Shown here: piece after piece, positions 1 through 14,900 of the stretch
Layout of the letters: every line of letters begins with the position of its first letter
Numbering within the stretch: the stretch's first letter is position 1
NCBI GenBank assembly: GCA_964304625.1
Contig: OZ199840.1
Location: 10,943,224 to 11,007,223 of the forward strand
Source: Kudoa neothunni
Taxonomy: Eukaryota > Animalia > Cnidaria
DNA length: 64,000 nt
Direction: 5' to 3'
Made by a program: the position numbers and the translations under genes
The notes under the pieces: model-generated
Database searches by the model: none
What the model was told of the DNA's origin: nothing
Seen by the model: only the letters and a program-made list of their open reading frames with translations

Positions 1-989
1 ATAGTTTCTTCGCGCAAATGCCACTAACGTAAGCACTTTTTTCATTCGAAGTAATTACGATATATTTCGCCTTTATCGAAAAAATACAATATTAAACTCT
101 TTGATCGATATTTTGATTATGGTCCTATTTTATTTTTCTATTTTAAAAATCCAATCTAATGTCGAGGTAATTAATAGACTCGGTATTACTAACTAGTATA
201 TGGCCTAACAATGAAACAGTGGTCAGGATAAAGCGATAGACAAAAAAAGTCTTGACAACGAATCAAAATAATTTATCATATTTTTTCATACAAATATGGG
301 ATTAATTGAAGTTTTATTTCTCATTTTTTTCTAATTTGAATAATTGGTTTATTCGTAGGCAAATTCTCTACTAAAATGTAATTAAATCATATACAGATTA
401 TCAAAATTTATTATAATTAAAAAATTTTGCTTATTTGATGCATTAAATTTTAAACTTAAATTATATAAATTCATAAATAAACTAAATGAAATGTTTGATT
501 TGTTAAAAGTTAGTATAAAACTGATGTTCTACTGTTTATTAGTAATCAATTACGATGATAATGATTAAGAAGCCTCATCAATTTGTTACCCCTAAAATAA
601 CTAATAATTATATTAAAACTATATATATATATATAAGTTTATTGAACAAAAATTACCTTTTTTATCTGACTCGGAGGGATTATTAATATTATTTAAAATA
701 GTGGATCATTTCGTCTAAAATTTCAGATTTACTAATGTTGTTTGAATCAAGTTTTAGTTAAATTAAGATATAATCAAGAAACAATTTTAAATATTAAATT
801 GAAGATTAATTCAAGAATTTTAAAATTATGGAGTGAATTTAATTGTCTCGGTGGAATTATATTATTAAAAAATTTTTTGTAAATATGACAGGATAATATC
901 ACTTAATGGCACCATTTATTTGGGCGGATATCAACGAAAATTGAATTCCTTCATTGTCACACACTTAATCCTATTTCATGCATTTAAAA

Positions 990-3942
990 ATGAAAAAATA
1001 CTCCTATTTTCTTTCCTTAATTTTTACATTCAACTGTAAGTATACTACAAACAATTTATAAATCTTATATCAATTTAGTAATAACGAAAGGAAACGTTTC
1101 AGAAAATGAACCTTCAAGAGAACTCAAATACGAATTTTTATATGGTAGAATTTTAACAAGACTAAATTTTTGGTTGGTTGGAAAAAATTACTCAGAAGAC
1201 AAAATGTGTCATTTAATGATTGAAAATGACATTAAGGATGGATATATGGAAATCAATGATTTTTCGGAAGACAATGAAGGAATTTCTGCGGAAAATATTA
1301 TGTACTGTGAAGAGGTAGAGATTGGTCTGCGTATCAGCGAACAAACAATAAGTAAAAAATATCTATTCGTAGAAGATGGAACGACAACAAGTGATATAAT
1401 GGCCCAAAACTCCGCTGTGAAAAAAACTATTTTTGGAATGCAAATACGTAATATATAACTACAGTGCAACTTCGGTCTTCGACCATAATCCGTTCTAGAC
1501 GTGTGTTCGAACTCTGAATCAATTTTTCCCAAGTAAAATAATGAAAGTTAATTTAATTCGTGCTACTCATCAAATAAATGACTATTTTTATTCTTATTCA
1601 TTAAAAAACAAGCATGCCTTGTGTTGATAAATATATAAAAAATAAACATTGAATTTAATAATGAAAATGAGATATACGATGTAACGCAAGCTCCGAATTG
1701 GGATTCGAATCTGCGTTATTGGCGTTAAAAAGCGGTGGGGCCATACCGCTCTCGATCGCGCTTATGATTGGTGGATTACAACTCTTGTAATCCACATGTT
1801 ACATGGGATAAAAATTTGTTGATCGTCATAAACTAAATTTTTAAGGTTTTATTTCGATGACGTTTGCATTATTTGATTGAGCTAATCTCCTTATAGAATT
1901 CCTTTTTATTTCGGTTTTTTGCTCCCACTTGAGTTGTTCTGAATACCCCTTCCTATGTATTCGAACTCAAGTGTTTTTGACTCAAAATTTTTGGTCAAAC
2001 TCCGAGGTTGCATCGTATTATAATATTTGAGCGATATTTTAAATTAATTTAGCATTAATAAAAAATCCCGAATTTAAAGTAGCTGTATCTGATTCTGGTT
2101 TGGTTTTCATACAAAAATTATGCCCTGCGGTCGCTTGCCATACCTATTATAATGGAATTTTATTTGACGTTGAAATAGAAAGTGGAGATTGTCAATCCGC
2201 TTCACTACATTACGTGGACAGTTATCATTGGATTCCTGAGTTGGAATTCAGATGCCCAATGTATCCATCTTTTTATTATGATATGACCAATAAATATATT
2301 CGTGAAACTATTGATATTTACAAGCCGCAATTTTATGTCAGCAGAAATAAAGATGAAGAATCGAATATATATTATCTAAATTTTACAAACAGTTTTCGTG
2401 GCGAAATTTGTAAATTTAGTATTAGAAAATATGTTAAGGGTTCATTTGCGGAGTATTCCTCGGTTTGCAAAATAGGAACAGATGAGTGTTTCGCTCCATG
2501 TGACAATGTTCGACTGATTTATGAAACGTCAGCATTAATTGTAGAAGTTCTGATTCAACAAAGGCATCACATAACAAATCCAACCATTATTGAGTATAAC
2601 GATGGTTATGTATATAAAAAGATGAGTAAATAAATTTTGGTGACTTTGTTTATATTGTGAACTAGTTGTAACAGAGGGGGTGAAAAAGGATGAGAAACTA
2701 GTTAGTTCTCTCACCAGTTCTACAGTTGGCTTAACTGTACCCCTATTCAAATCTACGGATCCTTACACTGAGTTCGAATCATGTGTGGTCTATTTTTATT
2801 ACGCGGATGAAATTAAGAATGCTACAAATACTGTCACTTGTGAGCAGGGATCCACTTGCGATCCTTATTGTAGTTCGTTACTAAATATACAAAATCTGAA
2901 TGAGGGGGCGTGCCATTATGTTTGAAATAAATATGCGAATTAATTCCACATTAAACTTCAATGAATATTTGTATATAACAACAAGTTAATACATTCTACG
3001 ATAATTTCAAATATTTTATATATACATAGAGCCAAATGAAGGCACAAAATTTTCCGAAGACCTTATACACGTCCAAGATGAAATGGTATCGATAATTGCA
3101 ATAGAGAGTAAAGTTTTCGATAAAGAAGACATTAAATGCGAATACTATTTGAGAAATACTGAATACGATAGTTTCTTCCCAGCGAAATGTGACGGATTTT
3201 CCACATGCAGAGGTTTTTGCGGGGAAAACAAAACCATCACCAATCTATCTCAAACGGCCGACTACGATATTAAAGTTGTAACGCAAAAGATGTATGGAAC
3301 AAAAATATATAAAAATATTAGGGAAGGTAAAATATAATTGAGATAGACATATGAATATAACTGTATAGAATCGGAGGTTAATAGTAATGATGAAAATAAT
3401 AAAATGGTTGTCAACTATACACGCGATGATGGCACCATCACTATTACCACAAAGTTCTCCTCTACTATTAACAATTATAAATGTCTATGGAAATTATATT
3501 CCATTTTTGGAAATACATCCACGTTAGTAAAAAGATGTATGTACATTGACGACGTTGATTGTGACATTATTCCACTATGCAAGGCTTTCACCATCGAAAA
3601 CGTAGATAATAACAAAAGATATGTTTTGCACGTTTTTATGTATGATAAACCAACCGTATGGGATCAAATTCAAATTACAGCAAGTATAATAATATTTTTT
3701 TATTGTTCAACTAATGATTGAACTATAAAGAAATATATGAATCCTCTACTTCCGGGTAATTTTATATTTTCTTGTTCAATAAGTTTACTAAATTTTAGAT
3801 ATAACATCATTATGTAATTTTTTTGTTTAATTATAATTTACTAATTGCTATAAATTAATTTAGAATTTCTGTAATCCTAGGTGCAGTAGGTATTATGATC
3901 ATATCACTAGGATTATATTTTGGATACCGGCAAAGAGAATAA
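990..3942 (+). CDS. Surface-protein family copy 1: type I membrane protein with Cys-rich FN3-like modules; lacks one module exon; one frameshift
   Basis: ATG 990 and signal peptide MKKYSYFLSLIFTFN|LITKG. GT-AG spliced exons cover ORFs 1174, 2100, 2680, 3083 and 3404. Motifs PQFYVS..YYLNFTNSF..EIC.F.IR and ITNLSQTADYDIKV are shared with copies 2-4. TM exon ISVILGAVGIMIISLGLYFGYRQRE* ends at 3942. A +1 frameshift lies near 2905-2915 (G run). Confidence 0.8.
1690..1761 (-). repeat. Degenerate tRNA-like sequence (possible SINE head or tRNA pseudogene) inside intron 2 of copy 1
   Basis: Minus strand is about 72 nt and GC-rich, with a B-box-like GATTCGAATCC and an A-box-like GAGAGCGGT. The cloverleaf is poor. 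Confidence 0.35.
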
Positions 3943-6509
3943 ATTCGTATTCTTTGTTTACTGTTTTTGTTCTTATTTTATAATTATTATTTTCCACGTG
4001 AATCTACGCTAAAATATACTCAATAATAAAGATTTCATCAACTATTAATTAATATTTTATTATTTTATTTCGCTTTTTATCGACATATCTATTTAACACA
4101 ATACTTAATAGGATAAGTATGTTTTTTTATTAAAAAAAGTTAATCTAAATAGATCATGATTCCAATAATTCCACATACACTTATCTGTCGCATTTTTTTC
4201 TACATATAACAATAATTGTTTATGTAATTAATAAAATAATTTTTTTAATATTGATTCGGAAAATTTATATGATGATGCTAAAAATTTTACCCCTCAAAAC
4301 TATGGGTAATTAAGAAAAAATTAAGATATTGACTAATAATTCAAAAAATAGATAAATAATATTAGAATAAACATTAAAATTATTATAACTAAGGATCGGC
4401 GCTTTCCATCAAGAACGACATTGGTCGATTTAAAAAAATATTTAGACATTTTAACTCTTTAAGGGAACAATCAAAAATTTCCTAAAAAGTTTAAATGAGT
4501 AGTAATAGGTAATAGATAATAGGTTATAAGAGAGAGATAGATAGTTTTCTTGTTGAATAGACCTAGTTAGAGTAAATGAAAACGGAGTTGATTGTAAGTA
4601 TTGCGACGTGAAAATATCCCACACAAAAAAATATTTTTTAATCAGAAAAGAAGTGAATGAAACATATTTCGATAAACAAATTCGACACTTCGCTGTCAAT
4701 TATTTTTATAAAATCAAAAAAGTGACACAGCTAACAAAGATTTGTTCTCTGTTATTGTTTTCGATGACCTGTCGTTATCGATATTTGATAAAAAAGTTGT
4801 TTCAATTTATTTTAAAATGTATGCGCACGCGCGCGGATAATCGACCAACAATAATTTTTTAAAACTTTATTATCTGATTTTCGGAGAAACATATGATAAA
4901 TGAGTTGGGTTAGAACTTGTGAAACTTTGATTCAAAATAAATCCATTGGTATCTCAATCACGTGATTAGTATGAGAACCAAAAATATATTGATTATTTGT
5001 TTATATTTGTCATGATTAATAATTATCAAAGTTTAAAATTTTATGATTATTTGAAAACCACAATAATTTTAACAGGTCCAAAAAATGAGTGAATAAAGAT
5101 ATCGTACAATATTTTTCTATTTTATAAATGAATTTACACATTATTTATATTTTTTGGATATGAAATAAATTGTGTAATTTTAAATCGACGAAATAATATT
5201 ATAATTAGGCTGATGAATAGCCAAACAATTTTTTAGTGTATTTTTTGAGTTCGAGGACGATCAAAATTTAACGTTTTATACTACACCTATAATAATTGCC
5301 TAATCATGTTTAATATTACAAATACTAAAAGTAAGAAAAGATTTTAATACGTCATATATTTAAAATAACTACAAATTTTTAATACTGCTAATAATAAAGT
5401 AGCTAAAGTGACGAAATCGCTATAAAATTTTAGATCTGTTTTAATTATGCAATTAGAAAATATACAGGTTATATCAGATTAATTAATTTAAAAAAATTAA
5501 GTTATAAAATTATATTATATGGATCAGTAATAGGTTGTTTCGCTATTTTTAATATTTTTAAATTATTATCTGCCATACGATAGGTAACCGATTTTTCACA
5601 CGTTTACGCAAACGCCACAAAGGATAAATAAAGTTTTATCCTACAAATTTATACAACTATATTAATCTACCCTCATTTTATTTAAATTATATTATTATAT
5701 AATATATTACGTTTAGTTTACAAAATAATTATGGACCCTTATGGATCTATCTAAATTATAGGATGTGCAACAAATATCTTAAAAAAAAAGAATTTTCATC
5801 AATACGTTTACACTAATTATTATTAATATCGCTAGATCTATTAAAATTAGAATTATTATAATTCTCGTATTTCTCTTGGCATAGAAAACCTTCAACAAAT
5901 ACAGGAAATAACATAATAAAGTAGTCAGTAAATGGGATTTGTATCCATACGGAAGTTCGAATTATCATAAAGCAATATGTACGTTTATCAAAGATAACAA
6001 AATCTGATTATTAAAAAACAGTTTTAAGGAGAATGTGACGGAAATTGTACATACATTATACAAATTTGTCATCCAACTAAAAGAAAATTATATTTATCGC
6101 ATGTTCATCAGAGCAACAATAGGATTAAAGGCGGGAAAATGTGCGAAAAATCAGTTAACAACTATAGTTAAGATCACTTATCACCAAAAATGCTTTGCTT
6201 AGAAATTTTAATTATTTCTCCTTACATCGTTGACTATTTCCAGTGGAGTTTTATGATTACCATATAAGATAAAAGATACCTGTGGCCGTCGATCATAATT
6301 TAAAACAATTATGTTTGTTTAATTATCATAAATAATTAAGTAAAACTAAATTAATTATCATTATAATTCATGCTGAAAACATGAGAAAATACAATTAAAT
6401 AATTTATACAGTATTATCTTCGATATCAAATAACCATCGTATATTTTCCGACAAGTGAATTAATTTCGCGATAAAATAAACTTTTATTGGTGAGAAGATA
6501 TAAGTAAAA

Positions 6510-9421
6510 ATGTTCTTGTACATATTATTTCTCACATTATATTGTAGCGTTCTTGGCGAATGAATAAGAAAATATTTAGTATTGAACTGTGGATTTATTT
6601 TGGTGGTATTTAAAGATTAAAATACTAATTTATAATTTTAATCATTTTTTTAGGAATTCTCAGCTATTTTGCAGTTGATACGGAAAATTCTGTGTCCAGA
6701 ATTGTTCATTATGACATGAAAAGATACTCCACTACGGTTCTTAATTACAATAAAATTGGAAGAAAGTAAAGACAGTTCCAACAATGCTTTGCCATATAAT
6801 GAGAATAAATGGAATGCAACATAAGTTTATGGAAATAAGAAATTGCGTTGATACATCCTACGATCCTTCAAAAAAATGTATTATCCCATGTAACAATGCC
6901 AAAATACGATATGAATATAATGAAAAGTTCAAAAAAAACAATTATATCATGATTACAGAAGGAGATAATAGAAAAGATATTTTGAATTCTAATGGTGAAT
7001 ACATTAGAAAAGTCTACGGATTTCCAAGTTGTAATATGTAAGTTTCCATAGAGATTTTGATTATTGTTAGATAATTTAATCAATCCCTACTTCAAAATAT
7101 ATTAATGTTGGAAGTTATTTTTACTTTCGTGCAAGAACCTGCACCAAAGGTGGATGTCGTACGGGAAGAGTTGTTCAACAACAACTTCATTAACTCCACA
7201 TACGAATGTTATAATATTTTGTTCTCCAACCTAAAGCTTTACACATGGATACCGTATTTTGTAGTGAGATGTTGGCGATATCCCCCTTACTATTATTTTC
7301 TCCCCAATAAATTTATAAGGAATAATATAGAAAGTTATAAACTACAATTTTACGTTAGCAGAAATAGCAATACTGAATCGAAATACTACCTAAATTTTAC
7401 CAACTCATTTACTAACAGAATATGCCGTTTTAATATTAGAGACGGATCTATCGGCTCTAAATCAAAGTTTGTATCCAATTGTGGCTATCATATGATTATT
7501 GCTACGCCCCATGTGATAATGTGCAACTCATCTACACAACTAAAACATCGTATGTGGAAATAATGATTTTAGAAAGACACCACATTCTAAACAATAACGA
7601 TCGTAGTGGTAATGTAGGATATTTATATACTAAATTTGGTAAAGTACTTGCATAATCCCAGTTTAATATTACTTTATAGTTGCTATGGAACATTCAGATG
7701 AGGATGGAAGATTGATTTCTTCCATCCAAAGCACTGGGGTACGTTTGAATATGGCCCTTTTTGAGTCCTATCGTTTAGTCAGCCCAAATTATAAATGTTC
7801 TGTTAAATATTATGAGGCCGACGTTTTCAAAATAGTTGATTTAATAGGATCAGCATTCTGTGATTATGATGTTGAATGTGGCCATAATTGCGATCCTATA
7901 ATGAATATTCAACAATTAGCTGACAGTCACTCATATATGTTTATAATTAAAATAACGAGTAATGATGGTAACACTATATTTTCAGAGTCTCTTTTTATCA
8001 GAACATGTATTTATTTAATTTAGTTTGTATGTATGTATGTATGTATATAAATAAGAAATATATTTGTAGTACCCAAGGAAGGGCATCACTTTAACAAAAA
8101 TACACCTACTCCTCATAGCACAAGTATCTCCATCAAAGCAGAAAGTGGCGAATTGATAGAATCTGCTGAGGAAGTCACATGCAAATATTACATAAGAATT
8201 GTCGGAAGTCATCAGTTTTTTGCAGCAGTTTGCGAGGAAAATCGTGAGTGTAGAGGTTATTGTAAACAACCAAAAATTATAGTGAAACTTTCCCCTAAAA
8301 CCTCCTACGATATCAAGGTTGTTTCACATAGGTGGTATGGTTCAACAATATACCCAAATATTACAACAAGTAATGTTTTTCATATTATTCTATTCATCAT
8401 CAGCATAGAATCGTTGTTTATATCCACTTTCAAATATTTAAAAAATGGGTTTATCCTAAAAGGAAAGTTATATCCCTCCAACAAGAGGGCACGATGTCAC
8501 TATGTAGTAAATGTGCTCAACCAAACACAATGGGAACCGCTATACAGATGTCCCGGCCAATCTAATTTAATCGTCTATTCAAATTATGACAATAACGATC
8601 ATGAAGAAGCTTTTTTATCAAACTCTGTTTCAGTTTGTAGTAATACAGCTTTTTGTAATGAAATAAAATTCATGAATGACTACGATGAAAATAACACATA
8701 TAAAGTAATTGTTGCAATGGAAGAGGAATCCTTAATTAACTCGGTGATAATAAATCCAAGTAAAATAATTAAATTTATTATGGGCTTTATTTTCTTTGGA
8801 TATTTAATAGGGCCAAAACACTCAACAATGCTTAAACAAATCCTAATGAATTTGGAGCGTCAGGGTGACTCTATACTAGTGAAAACAAATTTTTCAGTCA
8901 ATGTCAAGAAAGATTCTCAATGCTTATGGGAATTAATTAGCATGGATCAATCCACACGTTCAACATTTTCACAATGTATGTTTAATAATGATGTTGGATG
9001 CATTTCTCCGCCAAAATGCGAAGAATTTTTGATCGAAGGAGTTAGTAGGAATGTCAGCTTCATTTTAAGGTTGTATCTGAGTACCGACTATTTAATTTGG
9101 GGAGATAGTGAAATGATTCCAAGTAAAATATGACCCATTAATTAACATTTACATTGTTTATAATAGGATCTATGGAGACGATAGAGGTGGATGAAGGAAA
9201 TAATAAAGTCAGTTCTGGGTAATTGTTTAGTGTTCCAATTAGATGTACTAATTTTTCTTTAGTGTTATTAAATACATGTATTCTGTTTATGGTTGTAATA
9301 CTTAATTTTATAATCATAATATAGGATTTCTGGGTTATTCGTCTCCGTATTCATTATAATTGCGGGGGTTTACATGCATTTCAAATATTGGGGACAGATG
9401 AACAATACTTTGACCAACTAA
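6510..9421 (+). pseudogene. Surface-protein family copy 2, with several frameshifts
   Basis: Signal peptide MFLYILFLTLY at 6510. Exons are collinear with copy 3 (ORFs 6784, 7105, 7685, 8153). Frameshifts against copy 3 lie near 6740-6780, 7100-7180 and 7487. TM exon MISGLFVSVFIIIAGVYMHFKYWGQMNNTLTN* ends at 9421. Confidence 0.75.
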
Positions 9422-9853
9422 AATTAGTTAAAATTAGTTAAAATAAGCGGTGTAATCATATTATGATTATTTTTAGTTTTCTGATCAAAAATTATTTTTT
9501 TATAATATCATGATAAAAAATTTCATTATATTTCTAATGTCAAAACATAAAATGTACTCAAGTAATAATTATCCTCTAAATCCACTATTATAAGTTTCTT
9601 TATTCTAATATTAGTATCTAAATAAACATTTTCTAAATATTTTAGAAATTAAAAAAAATCGCGTTAATCATTAACCTATGGCTAATTTAATCCACGTTAG
9701 TATTTCTCGGTGAGATTCTGAATCATATTGAAACCTCTCGAAGTAACAGGTCATGTAGTTATTATTTTTTATTCAAAAATGGAATACAGTAAGAAACCAA
9801 TTTCATGTATTCCTTTCTGGACTAATAAAAAAGTGTGTCAAATCGGTCACTCC

Positions 9854-10775
9854 TAGGACGTCCAATGAGACTATCGGAAAAATCCCAAGGTCGCAAAGAA
9901 AACATAATAATATTATTAAAATAATAAATTTTTTAATTTAAGTGCGTTTTCTAATTAATGTCATCAACTGAATTGTATTCATCATCTTCACAAACTTCAG
10001 TTAAGAAGTTTGAACCATTTTTCAAGCGTTCAAGATATCGTTGGCCTACAACACCGCTGCCTACATAATGTATTAGTTTATTCGTTGGATGCGACGTCAA
10101 ACACATATTATTATTTCTTCTGATCAACTGCTTTGCGAGAAATTAATATTTTATAGTTTTAACCTTTAATGAGTTCGTTTGTTTAGTTTGTACTGTGTTC
10201 ATTAATGAAAAAATTTGTTCAACGTTTGCAGTGGCTGGAATTGCTTTCCTTACTATCTTGATCAAGCCAATCTTTAAAATCTTTAACCTTTAACCAATCT
10301 TGATTGAAGCTCATATTATACCAAGCTTTTTTGCTCTGTTTGAATTTTCATTCATAAATTTAAAAAAAATTCGTCGTTAATTTCAAATTATGCTATTAAA
10401 GAAACTAGAAAATTTAGAGACAGCGTTGATATACCCAAATACAACCACACAATAATAAGAATAATAAGAACAATTGATCAAATGACAAATATCCAATGAT
10501 CGGAAAACAGCGCGTTGTCGACAATCGTGATACTTTTTTAAAATTTCGAATATGTTTAATTCACTCCATTACTAAAACAATAAATATATTTATTTTACCT
10601 AATTCTAAAACTTATTATTTATAAACTGATCTCAAAGAATTAAATAATCTACACGTTTTGTAAATAAAGAAAAAAAACTAAATATTTAACTTAGAGTGAA
10701 ATAAACCCCCAATAACCCAGAGTTAGTAGAAAAATCCCAAGATCTTGGGGGAAAACCGAAGGTTTGGACGCCCTG
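9854..10775 (-). mobile_element. Internally deleted hAT DNA transposon
   Basis: TIRs TAGGACGTCCAA / TTGGACGCCCTG with imperfect 8-bp flanks gtcactcc/gtcacctt. Minus strand near 10170-10250 reads AIPATANVEQIFSLMN, resembling the hAT C-terminal dimerisation motif. Confidence 0.65.
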
Positions 10776-10841
10776 GTCACCTTTAATTTCACACTCTTGC
10801 TTGCGTAATAATTTCAGAAAAATATTGACATTTAATAATGA

Positions 10842-11972
10842 CTAGCGGGAACTGCCCAGCGTTGCTTCGGGAAGGTTTTGCATATATACATTTCTTAATA
10901 ATATTCAAAAATATATTGAAGTTTCGAATTAACTCATCGAAACAAAATAACTAAAAAATTTTAAGCATCAGACTTTAACGATTTGGATTATGAAATTTAA
11001 ATTAAAATTCATTTCTTTTAAGGAAAGTATCAATCCTGGCATTCACTTAAAAATTTCGTGGCCCGGCACCAACGCTAAATGATTTATTGTCAGTGTTGTA
11101 TTTTTTTGCATTCCCGAGTTATTTAAATCCCGTTAAAATGTTACCCTAACCTTTATTTTTGGCCTGGCGCATAAATTTTGTGCACAACTGTTTACTGGAG
11201 ACAAATAAATAGAAAAAGATATAGAGATAGAAGAAAATGGACGAAAATTAATTTGTATTGCTCAAATTAATATCCCTCGGCCCGGCAAGAGCTAAACGCA
11301 TTTTTCCCATAAACAACCATAAATTGAGTTAATTGCAACATAAAAAATTTAAATAATTTGATGAAATAAAAGTACAACCATCTGAATTGAATTCAATCAC
11401 GGAAAGTTAAACTTAGCGGACGATTTCAATGAAATCTACGAAGGCGGTATTTCCATTATAATGCCTCAAACAATGTTATTTTAACGTTCTCCAACAATTC
11501 GTTATTCATGAAACATATATAGATTTTTTATCATATCTAAAACCATTAATAGAACCTTCAAAATGGGTTTATCAAGTCAAATACGTTAAAACTCCACGAA
11601 TAAGGAGTGAAGTTGCGCAAACACCAAAATTTATACATTAAATTTATATACAAAATCAGATGATATCGCCTAATTTAATTTTTATAAAGCGTATAAGGAG
11701 GAAAGTTAACTTCAACCGAACATCAGTAGGCCATAAGCAGGTGTTAATCCCAAATCATCTGATAAACAAACATTGAATCGACAAAATCCTCATTTTCTAA
11801 ACACATTAGGGAATATTTAATAATTTAAAATCGATTTAAACATTTTTTGAAACAATGTGATTTTTAAAAAATTTCATTTATGTCTCTATAAGGAAAAATA
11901 TCTTGACGCACATGTGTACTTGCTGACACTCACACGGACACTACTACCTTATATATTGGGATAGATAGTAGA
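10842..11972 (-). mobile_element. Non-autonomous Helitron-like element
   Basis: Minus strand begins TCTA..TATATA and ends with the hairpin CCCGAAGCAACGCTGGG followed by CTAG|T at 10842-10845. No TIR or TSD. Confidence 0.55.
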
Positions 11973-14900
11973 TTAAGTTGCGTTTAAAAAAGCCAGTTAA
12001 GTATATATTAATTTTAAAAAAATAATTAAAACAAAAAAGCCATTTATCAGCAATCTATGAGATACTCCCATTGTTGCTATCGATAGAATAAGACAGTTTC
12101 GTCTACATTGTGAATAAAATTTTCAGAGAATATTTTAAAAAATATTCTGATTTAATTAATCCACTCTGAAATAGTTTCAGCCGTAGCATCAGCAGGCTGA
12201 TTAATAAAATTCGATTTTTAAATTTTTGACCTTTTTTTAAAACAGCGAAACTCACCACGAATTGCACATAAAGGTAAACCTTTTTCTTTGATTAATTAAT
12301 TTCTCTTAACGATCATCACGACGACGCCTAATACAATCTTTTTGTTCCGTGCCCACTCAATCTACCCATATACATCGTTGTCAACAGAATGCAATTGTCT
12401 GCATATAAATAATTTCTATTTTTATATTCTAAAAACATGTATAGGTTTTGATTATTTTATTTTTCATCTCTAGGATGCCATTAGTAGTCGAGATAATAGA
12501 TATTTTAAAACGTGATACAGTGGCAGTTTTTGGGTTATTAGATTGGAGACTTTCATAATAATAAGTAATATTGTATTTTTAGGCAATAGGTATAGTTATA
12601 GGAGTTTGTCGGCATAAAATATTGACTTAACTAAATAAGAAACAAGAAATACTTTAAATTGGCCAATTACGTGACGTTAGTTACATTATTTCTCAACTTT
12701 TTAAAATAATTTTTTTAAAAATTTTGATTGAAACATTATAAGAAGCATATTATATAAACGATAACCAATCAATATTCTAACTAAATAGGTTATTAAAAAG
12801 TGCGTGAGATTGATTACTTATTGTATAATTATCTGCATGTTATCTCGCTATATAATTTAATGCGAAGTAAATTAAGAAAAACATAATAGCTTCAATCATG
12901 CATAGAGTTCCTTGGTGGAAAATGAATTGAAAAACCATACAGAAAAATTTGATATTTCTTTAGAAATAAATTTTTCTATATTAAGCGTTATTAACATTTT
13001 AGCTTCTAATTCACTTTTGATTATTTTAAATCTACTAATTTATCAATACTTACTAAATATTATTCCTTCTCGACCGATTTCACACGGTTTTAATAAAGAA
13101 TAATTGTTTGCGTATTATATCAGTACTTTATGTACGCTAATTTTAATATTTTAATGCGATATCAGATGATGGATAGACAATTAGTGGTGACTAAGGTCAA
13201 ATTAATTCTTTATTACCCCCCTAATGGATTTGGGATAGAAATCTACCTCAATTAGACTTTGTTTAGTGTATAATTCGTTACTTATAATTTAAAACTTTCT
13301 GAGATTATTATTATCTCTTCAACATAATTTTATCTACATACTAAAAAAAAATAAAAATTTTTATCTATCGCATTGGCGGAAAAATACATTTCCCACCCTC
13401 CGATAGACTTTGGGGGTGGAAAATTACCCCACAATTTTTTCATCTAAAATTAAAGAAGAAATAATTTTTAAGATAAATGATGAGTTATAGGATTTTCTAT
13501 AATCTAGATTTTACGGTATATCGCATACAAATTGTAAATAGATCACGTGATTCAGTTGAAAACGTTTTTAAATGGTGTTTATTGGAGTCTGTTCTTGAGA
13601 TAGTGGTGAAATTATTATATGGTTTTTTAATGGAGCGAATAATTGCAAGTAAATCATGGATATTCTTTAATCTTTATTCCAAGAATATGTGTTAAAAAAT
13701 TAACGTTGTGTGCGCAATTTTCAATAAATATTGGTGTTCTAACCACCTAATAAATGTTTGTAAGTCTTGTTTGCATTAAATGCGGTTTATTCATGACACA
13801 AAAAAAAGCTAAGGAATTATGTAGATTAATATTTTAATTTCAGAAGCTTTAATTAGAACAAATATCGTCAATCCAACTCGGGATTAAAAACTAATACGAC
13901 GGTTGTTGGCGAAAATGATATTCGTAGGAATGTCGGGATTATTGACGAATTTTTTGCGCTATAACTCTTTATTCTTTTGTTTCACCCATCGAAATATTCA
14001 ATATTTCTTCTTACGGAATTATTTTGTAACAAACGATAAAATATAAATCCGGAGGTAATTTTCTATCTCAGAGTCAATAGTCAATTGGAGGCAGTCGATT
14101 TTCGGTCTATTAGAAGAAGAGATTTCAAACGCGACTAAATTGTAGTATTTTTAATTTATATATATATATATATATATTGTAATTCATTTAAATAAGATTC
14201 TTAGTTAAAGACTTTTTAGTTAATATTAAAATTTGTCTAAATAATAACTCTCATTAAAATTAGGCAGATACGTGCCGCGGTAAATTTAGTTTTGAAAAGT
14301 ATGTTGTAACACGCACTGGAAATTTTTAATCTACGAAACTCTTATAAGCTATATGTATGTCGATTTAATGCTTCAGATTCTGGTATATTTAATTATTTGT
14401 GGTCCTAAGAGCGAAGGGGAGATCAAAAATATTAAAATTTGGATAGAGTTTATTTGCATGACGAATTTTAATGCTTAACCACATGTATATATTAACGCAC
14501 GCGCAAAAGAAATTTTAATCTTAGTATCTCTTACTTACAAACTATGTAAAAAAAATTTTTTAAACTGTGCTAAATTTAATTTTTTCGGACCACCACATCG
14601 TTTTTAGGAGCCAGAAAAAATTAAATATTATCAAAACTAACGACGCTTGATCACTATTTACAATGTCAATTGTCAATTCCATAAATTACATACATGTTGA
14701 TTTCATAATCATATTTTAATCTTTAGATATAAAATAGATGTAGAAACATTATTTTTTTTTTACTGTTAGAAAAATAAACAAAACTTCCTATTAATAATTA
14801 AAAAATATTTTGGTAGAACAATTACGTTATTTAAAATTTAATTTTGTTTCTTAATTACTCTGTGAATTTATCCGAACATATAATTTAAAATGCTATTAAT

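Noticed and set aside
5205-5230. Hammerhead ribozyme core (CTGATGA)
   Set aside because: No correctly placed GAAA or supporting stems were found.
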